From Planctomycetaceae bacterium (GTDB taxonomy: Bacteria; Planctomycetota; Planctomycetia; Planctomycetales; Planctomycetaceae), in assembly GCA_037719765.1 (NCBI GenBank), contig JBBJME010000001.1, positions 12,967 to 76,966 on the forward strand: 64,000 nt of DNA, written 5' to 3'. The notes under the pieces were generated by a model. It searched no databases. It was not told the DNA's origin and saw nothing but the letters and a program-made list of their open reading frames with translations. Made by a program: the position numbers and the translations under genes. This document shows positions 20,445 to 30,178 of this stretch, one piece after another. The stretch's first letter is position 1, and each line of letters opens with the position of its first letter.

Positions 20445-20577
20445 AGCCGGTTCTTTAAGATGGAAGGAATGATCAGCGAATCAGCTAGACGGCGGCTGTG
20501 CAAATCAGCAGATGACTCAATTTCGATTGTGCGGCACACGCCAACAATCGATCAATTAGCCTGCCTGACTCTGACAG

Positions 20578-22314
20578 TTACTTCTGTTCAGGTTTTGGGA
20601 TCTCAAGCGGAGGAACTTCGTCGGCGACAGGCGGCGCGGGAATCACAAGCGGCGGCGGAGAGTCTGACGCTTTCGTGCGAACCGAGAGATCACTCCCTCG
20701 CAGGACGATGCCACCGGGTTTTTCGACGGCATTTTGACTTGCCTGATCACGGTGTTGTTTCACAGAAGAGTCCTTTTGAGTTGATGCCTGTTCCACCAGT
20801 TGCTCCAGATCATCCGCAATGGCTCGCGGACCAATGTCGGTTGCTGCCAGCTGCATCACTTCGGAGACCAGAGTTGCTTCCTGACCTTCATGGCTTGCCA
20901 GGGCCAGCATCTCATCAGCGGTTTTGTTGTAGCCTCGCAGTTTTTGAAAAGTCCCGGCGAGCAACAGACGATCAGCGGACAACGGGCGTTCCGCCAGCCA
21001 ATTCCACAAGGGGCCACCGTGCGAACGAGCGCGTTCCGCCACTTTCTGGCCATAGAGTTCTTCGGCCGTACACCACGGACGCGAAGGATCATTTTCCATT
21101 CTCAGCCCGGCCTTCAGGTAGCTGGCAGCGCTGGGGTAATCGCCGAGCGCGATTCGGACCATCGAGACCCGGAGATACGGAGCGCGGCGGTCCGGAGCGG
21201 TCTTGATGGCTGTGGTATAGAGCACATCGGCAGTCGCATAGTCCGATTTGTGAAACGCATCGTCGCCGCTTGCTTGATATCGCAGGCTGTGAATCTTTTC
21301 CGCCAGCGACGAGATTCTCTGTTCGCGTGGCACTGCGTTGAATTCATTCAGCACCGGCACGCCATCCGTGGGGATCGGTAACTGAGGTGCATCTGGAAGC
21401 ACGGGTGCATTACCGGGTTCCGGAGGATGCGGGACTGGCGGCTGAGGGACTGCAGGAACTTCAACTCCGTTGATATCAATGGCATTCGGATCGACACCCG
21501 GAGCCAGCATGTCGATCAAGCGAGGATCAATCAACGAATCAGGATTTGTCGATGTCACCACCGGCTGAACGATGAAGTTCATGTTCACCAGAAGTACGGT
21601 TGGAGCAATTCCAGCGCTGGGGAAGTATGGATTCATGCAGGTCGCATACGGCCAGCCCGAATATCCTCCAACGTTGTAAGCCCCCGAAGGGACGAAGCCA
21701 ATATAGCCATTGGAGAAATTACCGGAATGAAAATTCGGACTGAAGATGCCGGTCTCGTATCCGAACACCGGCTGCGAGTAACCGTAGACCGGCGTGTTCC
21801 AGATGACGGGCACGCCATACCCGACTCCATAATTGAAACCACCGAATCCACCGTGAGTCACTCCATACGTCGTCACACCGAAGTTGCGTGATGAGTAACT
21901 CGCCGTGCCAAAACCATTTCCGAATGAAACGCCACCGAGCGGAGCGTTGGCGTTGAAGCCGCCCAATGGAGCGCTGGCGTTGAATCCACCATAGTTGTAT
22001 TGGTAAGGACCATTATGCGGCCCCGATCCGTTATAAACGCCATTGTTGTTGTAGGCTCCGCCACCACCAAACTGCTGCACCAGTCCCGGTCCACCGTAAA
22101 TCGCCGGACCGTTCGTCTGAAATCCGCCGACAGCATTTCCATGATGCATACCCGCGCCGTGTCGAACGCCGCCAAAACCCGGACTGTGAAAGTGACCAGA
22201 ATGGTGCTGTGCCAGACCGAGCGTTCCGCAACTTAGTACGCATACGATCGACGCCAGCGACAACGAACGCCGAAGTGGAAAAGCATTGAAAACAGCGGCG
22301 AATAATGTGGTCAT
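20578..22314 (-). CDS. Secreted protein: signal peptide, ~230-aa G/N/Y/F low-complexity region, Pro-rich linker, C-terminal TPR-like domain
   Basis: N-terminus SLASIVCVLSCGTLGLAQ. A region rich in GF/FG/GY dipeptides contains the tandem GGFNA(S/N)APL. The C-terminal half is helical and TPR-like (YLRVSMVRIALGDYPSAASYLKAGL). Confidence 0.65.
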   Translation of the reverse strand: MTTLFAAVFNAFPLRRSLSLASIVCVLSCGTLGLAQHHSGHFHSPGFGGVRHGAGMHHGNAVGGFQTNGPAIYGGPGLVQQFGGGGAYNNNGVYNGSGPHNGPYQYNYGGFNASAPLGGFNANAPLGGVSFGNGFGTASYSSRNFGVTTYGVTHGGFGGFNYGVGYGVPVIWNTPVYGYSQPVFGYETGIFSPNFHSGNFSNGYIGFVPSGAYNVGGYSGWPYATCMNPYFPSAGIAPTVLLVNMNFIVQPVVTSTNPDSLIDPRLIDMLAPGVDPNAIDINGVEVPAVPQPPVPHPPEPGNAPVLPDAPQLPIPTDGVPVLNEFNAVPREQRISSLAEKIHSLRYQASGDDAFHKSDYATADVLYTTAIKTAPDRRAPYLRVSMVRIALGDYPSAASYLKAGLRMENDPSRPWCTAEELYGQKVAERARSHGGPLWNWLAERPLSADRLLLAGTFQKLRGYNKTADEMLALASHEGQEATLVSEVMQLAATDIGPRAIADDLEQLVEQASTQKDSSVKQHRDQASQNAVEKPGGIVLRGSDLSVRTKASDSPPPLVIPAPPVADEVPPLEIPKPEQK

Positions 22315-22621
22315 GGCAACGCCTCATTCGTACTTGAGCACTTTTCCCTCGGTCAAAAACAGACACAATCCCAACGGACGACGCCTGCTGACACAATTGT
22401 CCGCTTGTTCGCCGTGGTTCGCAAGTAGCAAAAACGCACTCTGCGTATGTTTGTGGCTTACCGGCATTCTGAAACTTGAGACAACCGCCGGGGTTGACAA
22501 CCGGATGCAAATTGTTCACAGTCACGGTGCAGGACAACTCGACTAGGGGGAGTCAACCGGTTAATTGATTAAGTTGAGTTCGGATTCTCGTAACAAGATT
22601 TGTTTAAGGAGACTCTATCAG

Positions 22622-23272
22622 ATGATTCGATGGTCAATGTTATTGATGTTGGCGATTGCGTCTGTTTGCTGCCTCGCAGCGAGCAGCGCAGACGAAAAAG
22701 ACAAGCCTGCTGAAAAGGCTGCCGCGAAGGCGAAAAAAGCAGACTCTCCAGACGCCAAGCCTGAAGAAGGCGAGAAGAAGGACGGCGACAAGGAAGACGA
22801 CGAAGACAAGTTCACTGCCAAGTGTCCTGTGTCCGGAAAAGCAGCATTGAAAGAGCAATTCACGGCCTACAAAGAGAAGGAAATTTATTTCTGCTGTGAA
22901 AAATGCATAGCAGCGTTTGAAGCTGAACCTGCAAAATTCGAAGTCAAAGCGAATCACCAGCTGGTCCAGACCAAACAGTTCAAACAGAAGAAGTGTCCGA
23001 TCTCTGGCGAAGATTTTGTAAAAGAACAGTCGGCTCGCGTGGCCAACGTCAACGTTCACTTCTGCTGTGAAAAATGCAAAGGTGCTGTGCAGTCCGCTGA
23101 AGCCGATGCGAAACTGGAAATGATCTTTGCAGAAAAGACGTTCAAGAAAGCGTTTGTTGCCGTTAAAGAGAAGTCTGAAGACGGTGATGCGAAAGACAAG
23201 CCGAAAGCAGACTCGCTAAAAACAGACAAAGTTGAAAAGACGACTGAAAAGAAAGCCGACAAGGCAGAGTAA
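22622..23272 (+). CDS. Secreted Lys/Asp/Glu-rich protein with two YHS/TRASH-like Cys motifs
   Basis: ATG 22622 with AAGGAG upstream, and a signal peptide MIRWSMLLMLAIASVCCLAASSA. Two repeats have the form CP(V/I)SG...(Y/H)FCCEKC. Confidence 0.6.
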   Translation: MIRWSMLLMLAIASVCCLAASSADEKDKPAEKAAAKAKKADSPDAKPEEGEKKDGDKEDDEDKFTAKCPVSGKAALKEQFTAYKEKEIYFCCEKCIAAFEAEPAKFEVKANHQLVQTKQFKQKKCPISGEDFVKEQSARVANVNVHFCCEKCKGAVQSAEADAKLEMIFAEKTFKKAFVAVKEKSEDGDAKDKPKADSLKTDKVEKTTEKKADKAE

Positions 23273-23328
23273 AAGACCGAAGCGTGGCTGCGACTCGCGG
23301 CTCTCTAAAAAATTTCGACGTCCAACGA

Positions 23329-23360
23329 CAGCAGCCTGTTCCTCAGGCTGCTGTTTTTTT
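23329..23360 (+). terminator. Rho-independent terminator
   Basis: A perfect 10-bp stem CAGCAGCCTG / CAGGCTGCTG with loop ttcct, followed by T7. Confidence 0.8.
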
Positions 23361-23532
23361 ATCGTAAATTCATGCAGGCGAAGTCGCTCCACCGACTCGC
23401 ATTCATCTTCACGCTCCGACATAAGTAATGTCGCAGCCTGCATTTTCGTTTAGCGGCGAGCCGCAGGCGTAGGCGTAACGAGACAACGACGCCTGCGGCT
23501 TGCCGTTAAACGATTCTGTATGTTGGACGAGA

Positions 23533-24441
23533 TCACGGATTCAATAATTTGACGGCTCGTGCATGATCTCGAATCAGAGCGGAATCAGGGCGTTGCGTCT
23601 GGAGGCGAGCGTTTAGTTCTTCGACGGCTGCGTGCAACTCAAGCTCGGCGAGTTGCCGGTGATCGCAGAGCAACAGAAGTTCGGCGTGTCGAATCTGCCA
23701 TGCACTCTTCAGGCGGGATGTGCTGAGTTCCAGCTGAATAATATTCGTAGCTTCGCGAATCAAGTCATCGCTCGAAATGTCTGAGTCCGTAACGTCTGAG
23801 TCAGTCAAGTATCGAACTGCTTCGATCAAAGCATCGCACAACGCGGCTTTGATCACCGGGCTTTGCGTTTCCGCATCGGCGGCGCGCAGTCCTTCGACAC
23901 CGGCGATGTGCTGGTTGTTGCACTGCTGTGCCTCCGCTCGCCAAAGATACCACTGGACTTCCGGCCGATGTTCCAGTGCGGCAGAAAGATCGTCAATGGC
24001 GGAAGACCAGTTGCAGGCCGCGAAGTGAATCTCGCCGCACAAGGCCAGACTGGCGATGCGGATGGATGGGTCGTGGCTGTGCAGAATTGGTTTGACGGTT
24101 TCAAGTGGCTCACTGAAGTCGGAAACTCCGCGCGTGGATGCCGAGGGAGATCTCAGCAGTTGCAACTGGAGTCTCGCCAGCTCAAGCCGAGCGATCTCCA
24201 TCGAACTGTCCAGTCGAATGGCATAGCCGAGATCCGCTGCCGCACGTTTATACTCTCGCATCGCGCGAAACTCGGACGCACGACGAAAGTGAAGATCGGC
24301 TGTCGGGCCGTTGTGAAGGATCGCGGCGTTCAGAGTGGCGATGACTTCCTCGGGGCCGTCATGAGCGATCGCTGTTTGTGACAGCATCCGCATGATGATC
24401 AGAACAGCAGTGAGCAAAAGGGTGCGACGAAAGTCTTTCAT
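23533..24441 (-). CDS. Secreted TPR-like helical-repeat protein
   Basis: Signal peptide (LLLTAVLIIMRMLSQTAIA) and helical-repeat character. The start overlaps the stop of the upstream phosphoesterase gene by 4 nt. Confidence 0.55.
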   Translation of the reverse strand: MKDFRRTLLLTAVLIIMRMLSQTAIAHDGPEEVIATLNAAILHNGPTADLHFRRASEFRAMREYKRAAADLGYAIRLDSSMEIARLELARLQLQLLRSPSASTRGVSDFSEPLETVKPILHSHDPSIRIASLALCGEIHFAACNWSSAIDDLSAALEHRPEVQWYLWRAEAQQCNNQHIAGVEGLRAADAETQSPVIKAALCDALIEAVRYLTDSDVTDSDISSDDLIREATNIIQLELSTSRLKSAWQIRHAELLLLCDHRQLAELELHAAVEELNARLQTQRPDSALIRDHARAVKLLNP

Positions 24442-26459
24442 GGGGATACCGCTCGCGGAACAGCCAGAAGGTAAGGATCCAGCGTGAAATCACTACTGCT
24501 GACATCGGTATTGTGGCCTTCGATCGACAGAATGTTGTCATCATCCGTGAGATACTGCTTTGCTTCCTTCAACGGGAAGTACTCGTACCCGTCCGCTTCG
24601 TGGCTCGCCACCTGATTCGCGTTTGCGCCATGCCCTTCTTTGACACCGACACGCAGCACTTCGTGCCCGTTCAGATAAGCGATGAACGCATCGTCGTAGC
24701 TGATGGCCAGACCCAGCTCGCCAATCTTTTCTTTTTCGCCAGGTGGCAGCTCGAATTCGCTGCGAGCATAGACGACCGAGTATTTCTTTTCCATGTCCTT
24801 GAGTACCGTCACGTCGTCGCTGTCGCCGTAACCGATGCCGACCGTTCCGGATTTCCAACCGCCCGCGTCGTTCGGGATAAACGCAATGGCTGTCCATTTC
24901 TCTGGAGGATGACTTCCCGCAAGGTAATCCCATGCGGAGTTCGGCTTGATCAGATTCACCGCGTTCTTCGGGAAGGGCGTCAGTCCCGACTTCTCCACTT
25001 TTGGCTTGTCAATCGCCACGGTGTAAGGAGGCAGAGTTCTCGGTGACTTCACAATTTTCGGCACCACGGATCCCTGCTTCACGATGCCGAACAGATCGCG
25101 TGTTTCGCTGCCACGATTGATCATCACACCGGTCAGAGTGTCTCCATCGACATCCAGAATTGTTGAGCCGTATTCGACGATCACCTGTTTCATCACCGGC
25201 GACGTTCCGGATCGACTGACCTTGGCACCACCGTTGCCAGTCACAACCTGCACGGTTCCCTGATGGGCATGCAGACCCTTGCTCTTGCGATACGGCCCGT
25301 CACCGTTCGGATTGCCATCACCGTCATCAAGTACGACGCCATCGGCCGTCGTCGGTGTCTGGTAGGCTCCGTCAATCAGCATTGATCGCTCATAGATATG
25401 CGAATGGCCTGTCAGCACCAGATCCACGCCGCCGGCTTCCAGAATCGGCATGATCAACTCCCGCATCTCAACCAATTGGTTTTCCGTGTCGCTGTCGTGA
25501 GAACCCTTTGTATATGGCGGATGATGCCAATAGGCGATGATCCAGTCCGCTTTTGTTTTTTCCAGGTCAGCGCGCAGCCATTGAGCCATCACGCCGGTCG
25601 GGGCACGGTCAAGGTCATGGGAATCCAGACAAATGAAATGCACGTTGGCGTAATCGAATGCATAAAACGCTTCGCTGGCGGATGGCAGACCACCTGCTTC
25701 ACCTCGTTTTGGACAAACATAAGCGTCGTAGTATGGCCCAACGCCCAGCAATCCCTTTGAATTGATCCCTTCGTGATTGCCCATCGAGGCCCAGCAGACC
25801 GTGTTGCGCAGCGTGGGCTGATAAACATCGAAGAACGCCCTCTGGAACTCGGCGTCCATTCCTGTTGAATAAGCCATATCGCCGACATGGAGATACAGGT
25901 CCAGCGGATGCTTTTGCTTCGTCACATGATCCCGCATGGCCTGATAGACGGCGGCCTGCCGTTCGTCACCGGTACCGGAGTCCCCGACAATCCAGATTCG
26001 AACGGGTTTCGCTTTGCCCGGTTCAGGGTGGGTCCGGAAGAAATGATCCGCATCGCCACCGGCGAGTGTTGTTGCTCCATTGCTGATGGCGTAGTAGTAA
26101 GTCGTGTCAGGTTGCAGGCCCTGGAGAGTTGCGTCGTACTGCACTGTTCCTTCGGGAGCAGAATGAAGACTGAGATCACCTGCTGCCTCGCCTTCCTTCG
26201 GCACTCGCCTCACAAGGATGGATGAGGCGGCCGCAGTCTGATCAAGGCTTGCGGGATCAAGTCCGTACCGAACGACAGGCTGAGTCTCGCCGACCGTTCG
26301 CCAGATGATCGACACGGATGACGGCGTCGAAAGCTGCAGATAGGGCCCCCGCGTGAGTGTTGGGATGTCAGGACCTTCCGCCATTGCCTGCCAGGTCAGG
26401 ATATGCAGCGCCAACAGAAACGCCATTGTCCTCGGGAACAGTTTGTTGTTTGGAGTCAT
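24438..26459 (-). CDS. Secreted metallophosphoesterase (purple-acid-phosphatase-like) with C-terminal lectin/LamG-like domain
   Basis: Signal peptide plus calcineurin-like motifs: GDSGTGD, HVGDMAYS, GNHE, WHHPPY, GHSHIYERS. Confidence 0.8.
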   Translation of the reverse strand: MTPNNKLFPRTMAFLLALHILTWQAMAEGPDIPTLTRGPYLQLSTPSSVSIIWRTVGETQPVVRYGLDPASLDQTAAASSILVRRVPKEGEAAGDLSLHSAPEGTVQYDATLQGLQPDTTYYYAISNGATTLAGGDADHFFRTHPEPGKAKPVRIWIVGDSGTGDERQAAVYQAMRDHVTKQKHPLDLYLHVGDMAYSTGMDAEFQRAFFDVYQPTLRNTVCWASMGNHEGINSKGLLGVGPYYDAYVCPKRGEAGGLPSASEAFYAFDYANVHFICLDSHDLDRAPTGVMAQWLRADLEKTKADWIIAYWHHPPYTKGSHDSDTENQLVEMRELIMPILEAGGVDLVLTGHSHIYERSMLIDGAYQTPTTADGVVLDDGDGNPNGDGPYRKSKGLHAHQGTVQVVTGNGGAKVSRSGTSPVMKQVIVEYGSTILDVDGDTLTGVMINRGSETRDLFGIVKQGSVVPKIVKSPRTLPPYTVAIDKPKVEKSGLTPFPKNAVNLIKPNSAWDYLAGSHPPEKWTAIAFIPNDAGGWKSGTVGIGYGDSDDVTVLKDMEKKYSVVYARSEFELPPGEKEKIGELGLAISYDDAFIAYLNGHEVLRVGVKEGHGANANQVASHEADGYEYFPLKEAKQYLTDDDNILSIEGHNTDVSSSDFTLDPYLLAVPRAVSP

Positions 26460-26857
26460 CGCTGATCACCCTCAATAAGTGACTTACTGTAACGTTGCAA
26501 ACGGATTTGACCGATTGCAGCACCGCAAAGCAATGTGCGGCGACAGTTTCGGACTCCCTTGCGACGCGATTGACGCAGAGGCGAATGTGATTGTCTCGGA
26601 AACCCGAAAATCAGGTTCGGGTGAGGAATTTCAGAGCAGTCGTCTAATGGACAGGACTTGAATCGTCATTTCAAGGAATCCATCAACGTTTGCCTTACCG
26701 CCTGCAGTCCTGCACGTCGAGTGTGCCGTGCCGATTTTGAATTCGCGATGCCGCTGCAACTGCATGTTTGGGATTTTACGAATCTGCACCATTTGGGCAG
26801 CATTTGTGTTTCCCGCTTCCCTGTTCACGAATCATTGTTTTCGAGCATTAGTAGAGT

Positions 26858-27043
26858 ATGCAGCAAATTCCGATTTTGTCCCGACGACGAGCCCGAGGCT
26901 TTACGCTCATTGAGTTGCTCGTGGTGATTGCCATCATTGCGATTCAGATCGCGCTGTCGCTTGCAGCCGTGCAGCAGGCGCGCGCGAAGCCGCTCGACGT
27001 ACCCAGTGTAACACAGGGCAGCAGCATGCCAGAGCAGGAATGA
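26858..27043 (+). pseudogene. N-terminal relic of a DUF1559 (prepilin-type N-terminal cleavage/methylation domain) protein
   Basis: [34 protein letters not shown]. The canonical continuation REAARRTQC is present only in another frame after the gcgcgcgcg run near 26978-26990, and nothing DUF1559-like follows. Confidence 0.65.
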
Positions 27044-27163
27044 AACGGTGCGATGGCCGAAAGATCCGATGCAGGATGGACATTCATGTCCGTCGCCTGG
27101 CCATCAAACTGCGATTCGACAGGATGTCCTAACGCGAATCTCCTGTGTCGGGGCACATTGAGG

Positions 27164-28750
27164 TCACTGGCAATAGCCGCATGCGATCGCGGAGAATCGC
27201 TGTAGCTGGTCGACCTTCCAGTCGGGGCTTCGATTGAATTCTCGCTGCAGCAGTTCTCCGACAAACGCCGCCGATTCCATTGCCGCGTGTGCGTCGAGAA
27301 ACAACGCTCGGGTTCGGCGAGCCAGAATGTCTTCAATGGTTTGAGCCATCTCATGTCTCGCCGCCCAGATCACCTCGGCGGCCCGGTAAGGCAGTCGTGG
27401 ATGCAATCGGCTCGCCAGTTCGGGACTTTCGCGAATCAGCGATTCGATCTGACTCCCGTCGCTGCCATAGATATTCCGGGTTTGAGTGTCGGAAGCATTG
27501 AAGTTTGAAGGACTCCCATGCAGCTTCAGCGATGCCGTGCGTGACTGTTGGCGGGGAAGTCCGGCGATGACTTCCGCGATGTTAATGAGTTCTTCACCCA
27601 TGTGGCGATACGTGGTCCACTTTCCCCCAATCACGGTGATCAGCCCGCTCGCGGCGGTGTAAATCTCATGCTCCCGTGACAGCTTCGCTGTGGCATTGGA
27701 TCCAGATTTCGCGCCGACCAAAGGACGCAGACCAGCGAAGCGGGAACGGATATCTGTTTCGGTCGGAGATCGCTGCAAGTAGCGACCTGCATGTTCCAGC
27801 AGATACTCGATTTCTGAAGGCAGCGGGCGTGGTTCGCGAGTTACGTTCCTGACTGCAAGATCGGTCGTGCCCAGCAACACTTTTCCGTGCCACGGAATCG
27901 CAAACAGGACTCGCCCGTCATCGGTTTCGGGGATCATCAGCGCAGTCGATCCCGGCAGAAATGATGCATCCAAAACAAGGTGCGATCCCTGACTCACGAC
28001 CAGTCTGGAATGATCATCCGATGCTTCTAATTGCTGCGAATCCGTGTCCATGCGCAGAATGTCTTCCGCGAAGACTCCGGTCGCATTCAGCACAACTCGT
28101 CCCCTGAGTTCAAATTCCTTTCCAGATTCTGTATCGCGTACGATCACACCTGTGACGCGCTGCTGGTTTCTGACAAGTCGCACGACCGCCATGTAATTTG
28201 CGACAACAGCACCCAGATCCACTGCCGTCCTCGCAAGCGTAATGGCAAGCCGAGCATCGTCGAATTGTCCATCGGAGTACAGCACTCCTCCGCGCACGCC
28301 GTCGTCTCGCAATGTCGACAACCGTTCGCAGGTTTCGCTTCGCGACAATCTCCGGGCGCGTCCGGAAATCCACTGTCCCGCCAGCATGTCGTACGCTCTC
28401 AGCCCGGCATAATAGATTGTCCGGGCTCCCCATCGATACGTCGGCAAAACGAAATCCAGTGAATGCACGACATGCGGCGCGTTTCGCAGCAGGCGTTCAC
28501 GTTCACGGAGTGACTGTCGCACCATGCCGATACGTCCCTGCCGCAGGTAACGCACGCCGCCGTGAATCAGCTTAGTTGACCGACTTGAAGTGCCCTTTGC
28601 AAAGTCTTCGGCCTCGACGAGTAAAGTGCGATGGCCTCGCGCCGCTGCTTCGACGGCTGCCCCAAGTCCGGTTGCACCGCCGCCGATGACGATCACGTCC
28701 CACACGGTGCGGCGATCTTCCATCGCAGTCAGCATCTCGCTGCGTTTCAT
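27164..28750 (-). CDS. glpD: FAD-dependent glycerol-3-phosphate dehydrogenase
   Basis: WDVIVIGGGATGLGAAVEAAARGHRTLLVEAEDFAKGTSSRSTKLIHGGVRYL, with GlpD-like length. Probable start is ATG 28748-28750 (MKRSEML); the track ORF extends to 28900. Confidence 0.85.
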   Translation of the reverse strand: MKRSEMLTAMEDRRTVWDVIVIGGGATGLGAAVEAAARGHRTLLVEAEDFAKGTSSRSTKLIHGGVRYLRQGRIGMVRQSLRERERLLRNAPHVVHSLDFVLPTYRWGARTIYYAGLRAYDMLAGQWISGRARRLSRSETCERLSTLRDDGVRGGVLYSDGQFDDARLAITLARTAVDLGAVVANYMAVVRLVRNQQRVTGVIVRDTESGKEFELRGRVVLNATGVFAEDILRMDTDSQQLEASDDHSRLVVSQGSHLVLDASFLPGSTALMIPETDDGRVLFAIPWHGKVLLGTTDLAVRNVTREPRPLPSEIEYLLEHAGRYLQRSPTETDIRSRFAGLRPLVGAKSGSNATAKLSREHEIYTAASGLITVIGGKWTTYRHMGEELINIAEVIAGLPRQQSRTASLKLHGSPSNFNASDTQTRNIYGSDGSQIESLIRESPELASRLHPRLPYRAAEVIWAARHEMAQTIEDILARRTRALFLDAHAAMESAAFVGELLQREFNRSPDWKVDQLQRFSAIACGYCQ

Positions 28751-28993
28751 AATGACTCGCGATTCTTGTCTAGTCGAGTTCTGGCGGTCCATCGAGAACA
28801 GTGGTCTGAACGGCATACGAATTGCGATTTCGAAAACGATCGTTTTTATCGAAGAATCGCACGTCGGTGGAGTTTCCAACTTTGTTGTAGACGCTTTCAT
28901 GAGTCTTTGCAGCGCTCACAGGGGCACACTTGTGCGGATTGTCGCGCTTCGGGTTTATACTCCGCACGGTAAGGAAATAGCTCGAGAGATCCT

Positions 28994-29278
28994 ATCACGA
29001 AATCAGTCTCTGCCGATGAAGCGGTCTGCGGTCTGCAAAATGGAATGAACGTCTTCATTCATGGTGCCGCAGCAACTCCGACGCCGTTGCTTGAAGCGAT
29101 GTGCCATCGCCCGGATCTGGAAGGAATTCGACTTTATCACATGCACACGGAGGGACCAGCGCCCTTTCTGCAGTGTCTCTGCCGTGCGTCGCGTCTCCGC
29201 AAATTGCCAGCCGGTGCGAAGCTGTTTCAGGAAGTGGCCGTTGAAGACGAGGTTTTCGTAATCTCGTCGGGACGATGA
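28994..29278 (+). pseudogene. N-terminal relic of an acetyl-CoA hydrolase/CoA-transferase family gene
   Basis: ITKSVSADEAVCGLQNGMNVFIHGAAATPTPLLEAMCHRPDLEGIRLYHMHTEGPAPF matches the family N-terminus. There is no start codon upstream (TAA at 28970). Similarity is lost after about 29175. Confidence 0.45.
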
Positions 29279-29281
29279 GGC

Positions 29282-29645
29282 GTGTTTCGGCTATTTGGTG
29301 GGACCGTTGTTTTCTTTGCCGCTGGCTTTGAGACGACGGCACCGTCCACGGCCCTTGCAGTCCTGCAGGCATATCAACTTGGACTGGCAAATTTTTCGGT
29401 TCTGGTGTCGCACGTACGTGTTCAGCCTGTGATGGAAGCACTGATGCAGGCACCGGACAATCGAGTTCAGGAATTCCTTGCAGCGGGCCATGTGTGCAGC
29501 ATCACTGGCTAAGACTCTTACCACGAGTTTGCGAAGCGTCATCGCGTACCGGTTGTGGTCACCGGATTTGAACCGGTGGATCTGCTGCAGTGAATTCTGG
29601 AATGCGTAAGACAACTGGAATCCGGGACAGCCGAAGCCGTGGAGC
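29282..29645 (+). pseudogene. hypD: Internal relic of [NiFe]-hydrogenase maturation gene hypD
   Basis: [16 protein letters not shown]...[19 protein letters not shown]...[49 protein letters not shown]. In-frame TAA at 29510-29512 and TGA at 29591-29593. The N-terminal ~120 and C-terminal ~120 codons are missing. Confidence 0.7.
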
Positions 29646-29679
29646 CGAAATTGTCCGATTCCCTTTGCTGCCGATGCAC

Positions 29680-30043
29680 AACGAATTTCGCTGCTCGCGG
29701 CGGAGTTTCAGCAGTTCTTCACGAATGGGCAATGGAATGTGATCACACGTTTGCATTGACGGAATCCAGCATTCCTGTCACGTATGAGGTTCGCGGTGCC
29801 TGCGCGCTGCCGGGACTCGATCCGCTCTATGTCGCCAATGAGGGAACGATCGTCGTCGATGTTGACCCACGCTTCGCCGAGATTGCCGCGACCGCGTTGC
29901 GCCAAGTGCCGGAGTGTGAACAGGTCGCGATCATCGGAGAAGCTTAGGCGAAAGGCATCAGTCCGGTCACGATCAGTCGTACCAATGGCTTGCCTTAACC
30001 ACTCGACGAACCCTCAGGTGCCCCACTGCCCCGGATCTGCTGA
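29680..30043 (+). pseudogene. hypE: C-terminal relic of hydrogenase maturation gene hypE, fused in frame to the hypD relic
   Basis: ARGGVSAVLHEWA...LTESSIPVTYEVRGACALPGLDPLYVANEGTIVV...AIIGEA*...*...DEPSGAPLPRIC*, ending in the canonical HypE PRIC terminus. In-frame TAG at 29945-29947 and TAA at 29996-29998. Same frame as the hypD relic. Confidence 0.7.
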
Positions 30044-30178
30044 GTCGTTTTCCTGTGTGGCCGTATTTCAACGAGATAGAATTGCCGCGATGTGAGCGTT
30101 GACGCAGGTCATGAACTGTGAACGGGCTGCATCACAGACCGCGAGACAGGATTTCAGCGGGATTTGGTGATTGATCTG

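Noticed and set aside
29510-29998. The four in-frame stops (TAA, TGA, TAG, TAA) in the hypD-hypE frame as stop-codon reassignment or recoding
   Set aside because: All three stop codons are involved, and each is used as a normal terminator by the intact neighbouring genes. In addition, two thirds of both genes are deleted. It is a dead relic.
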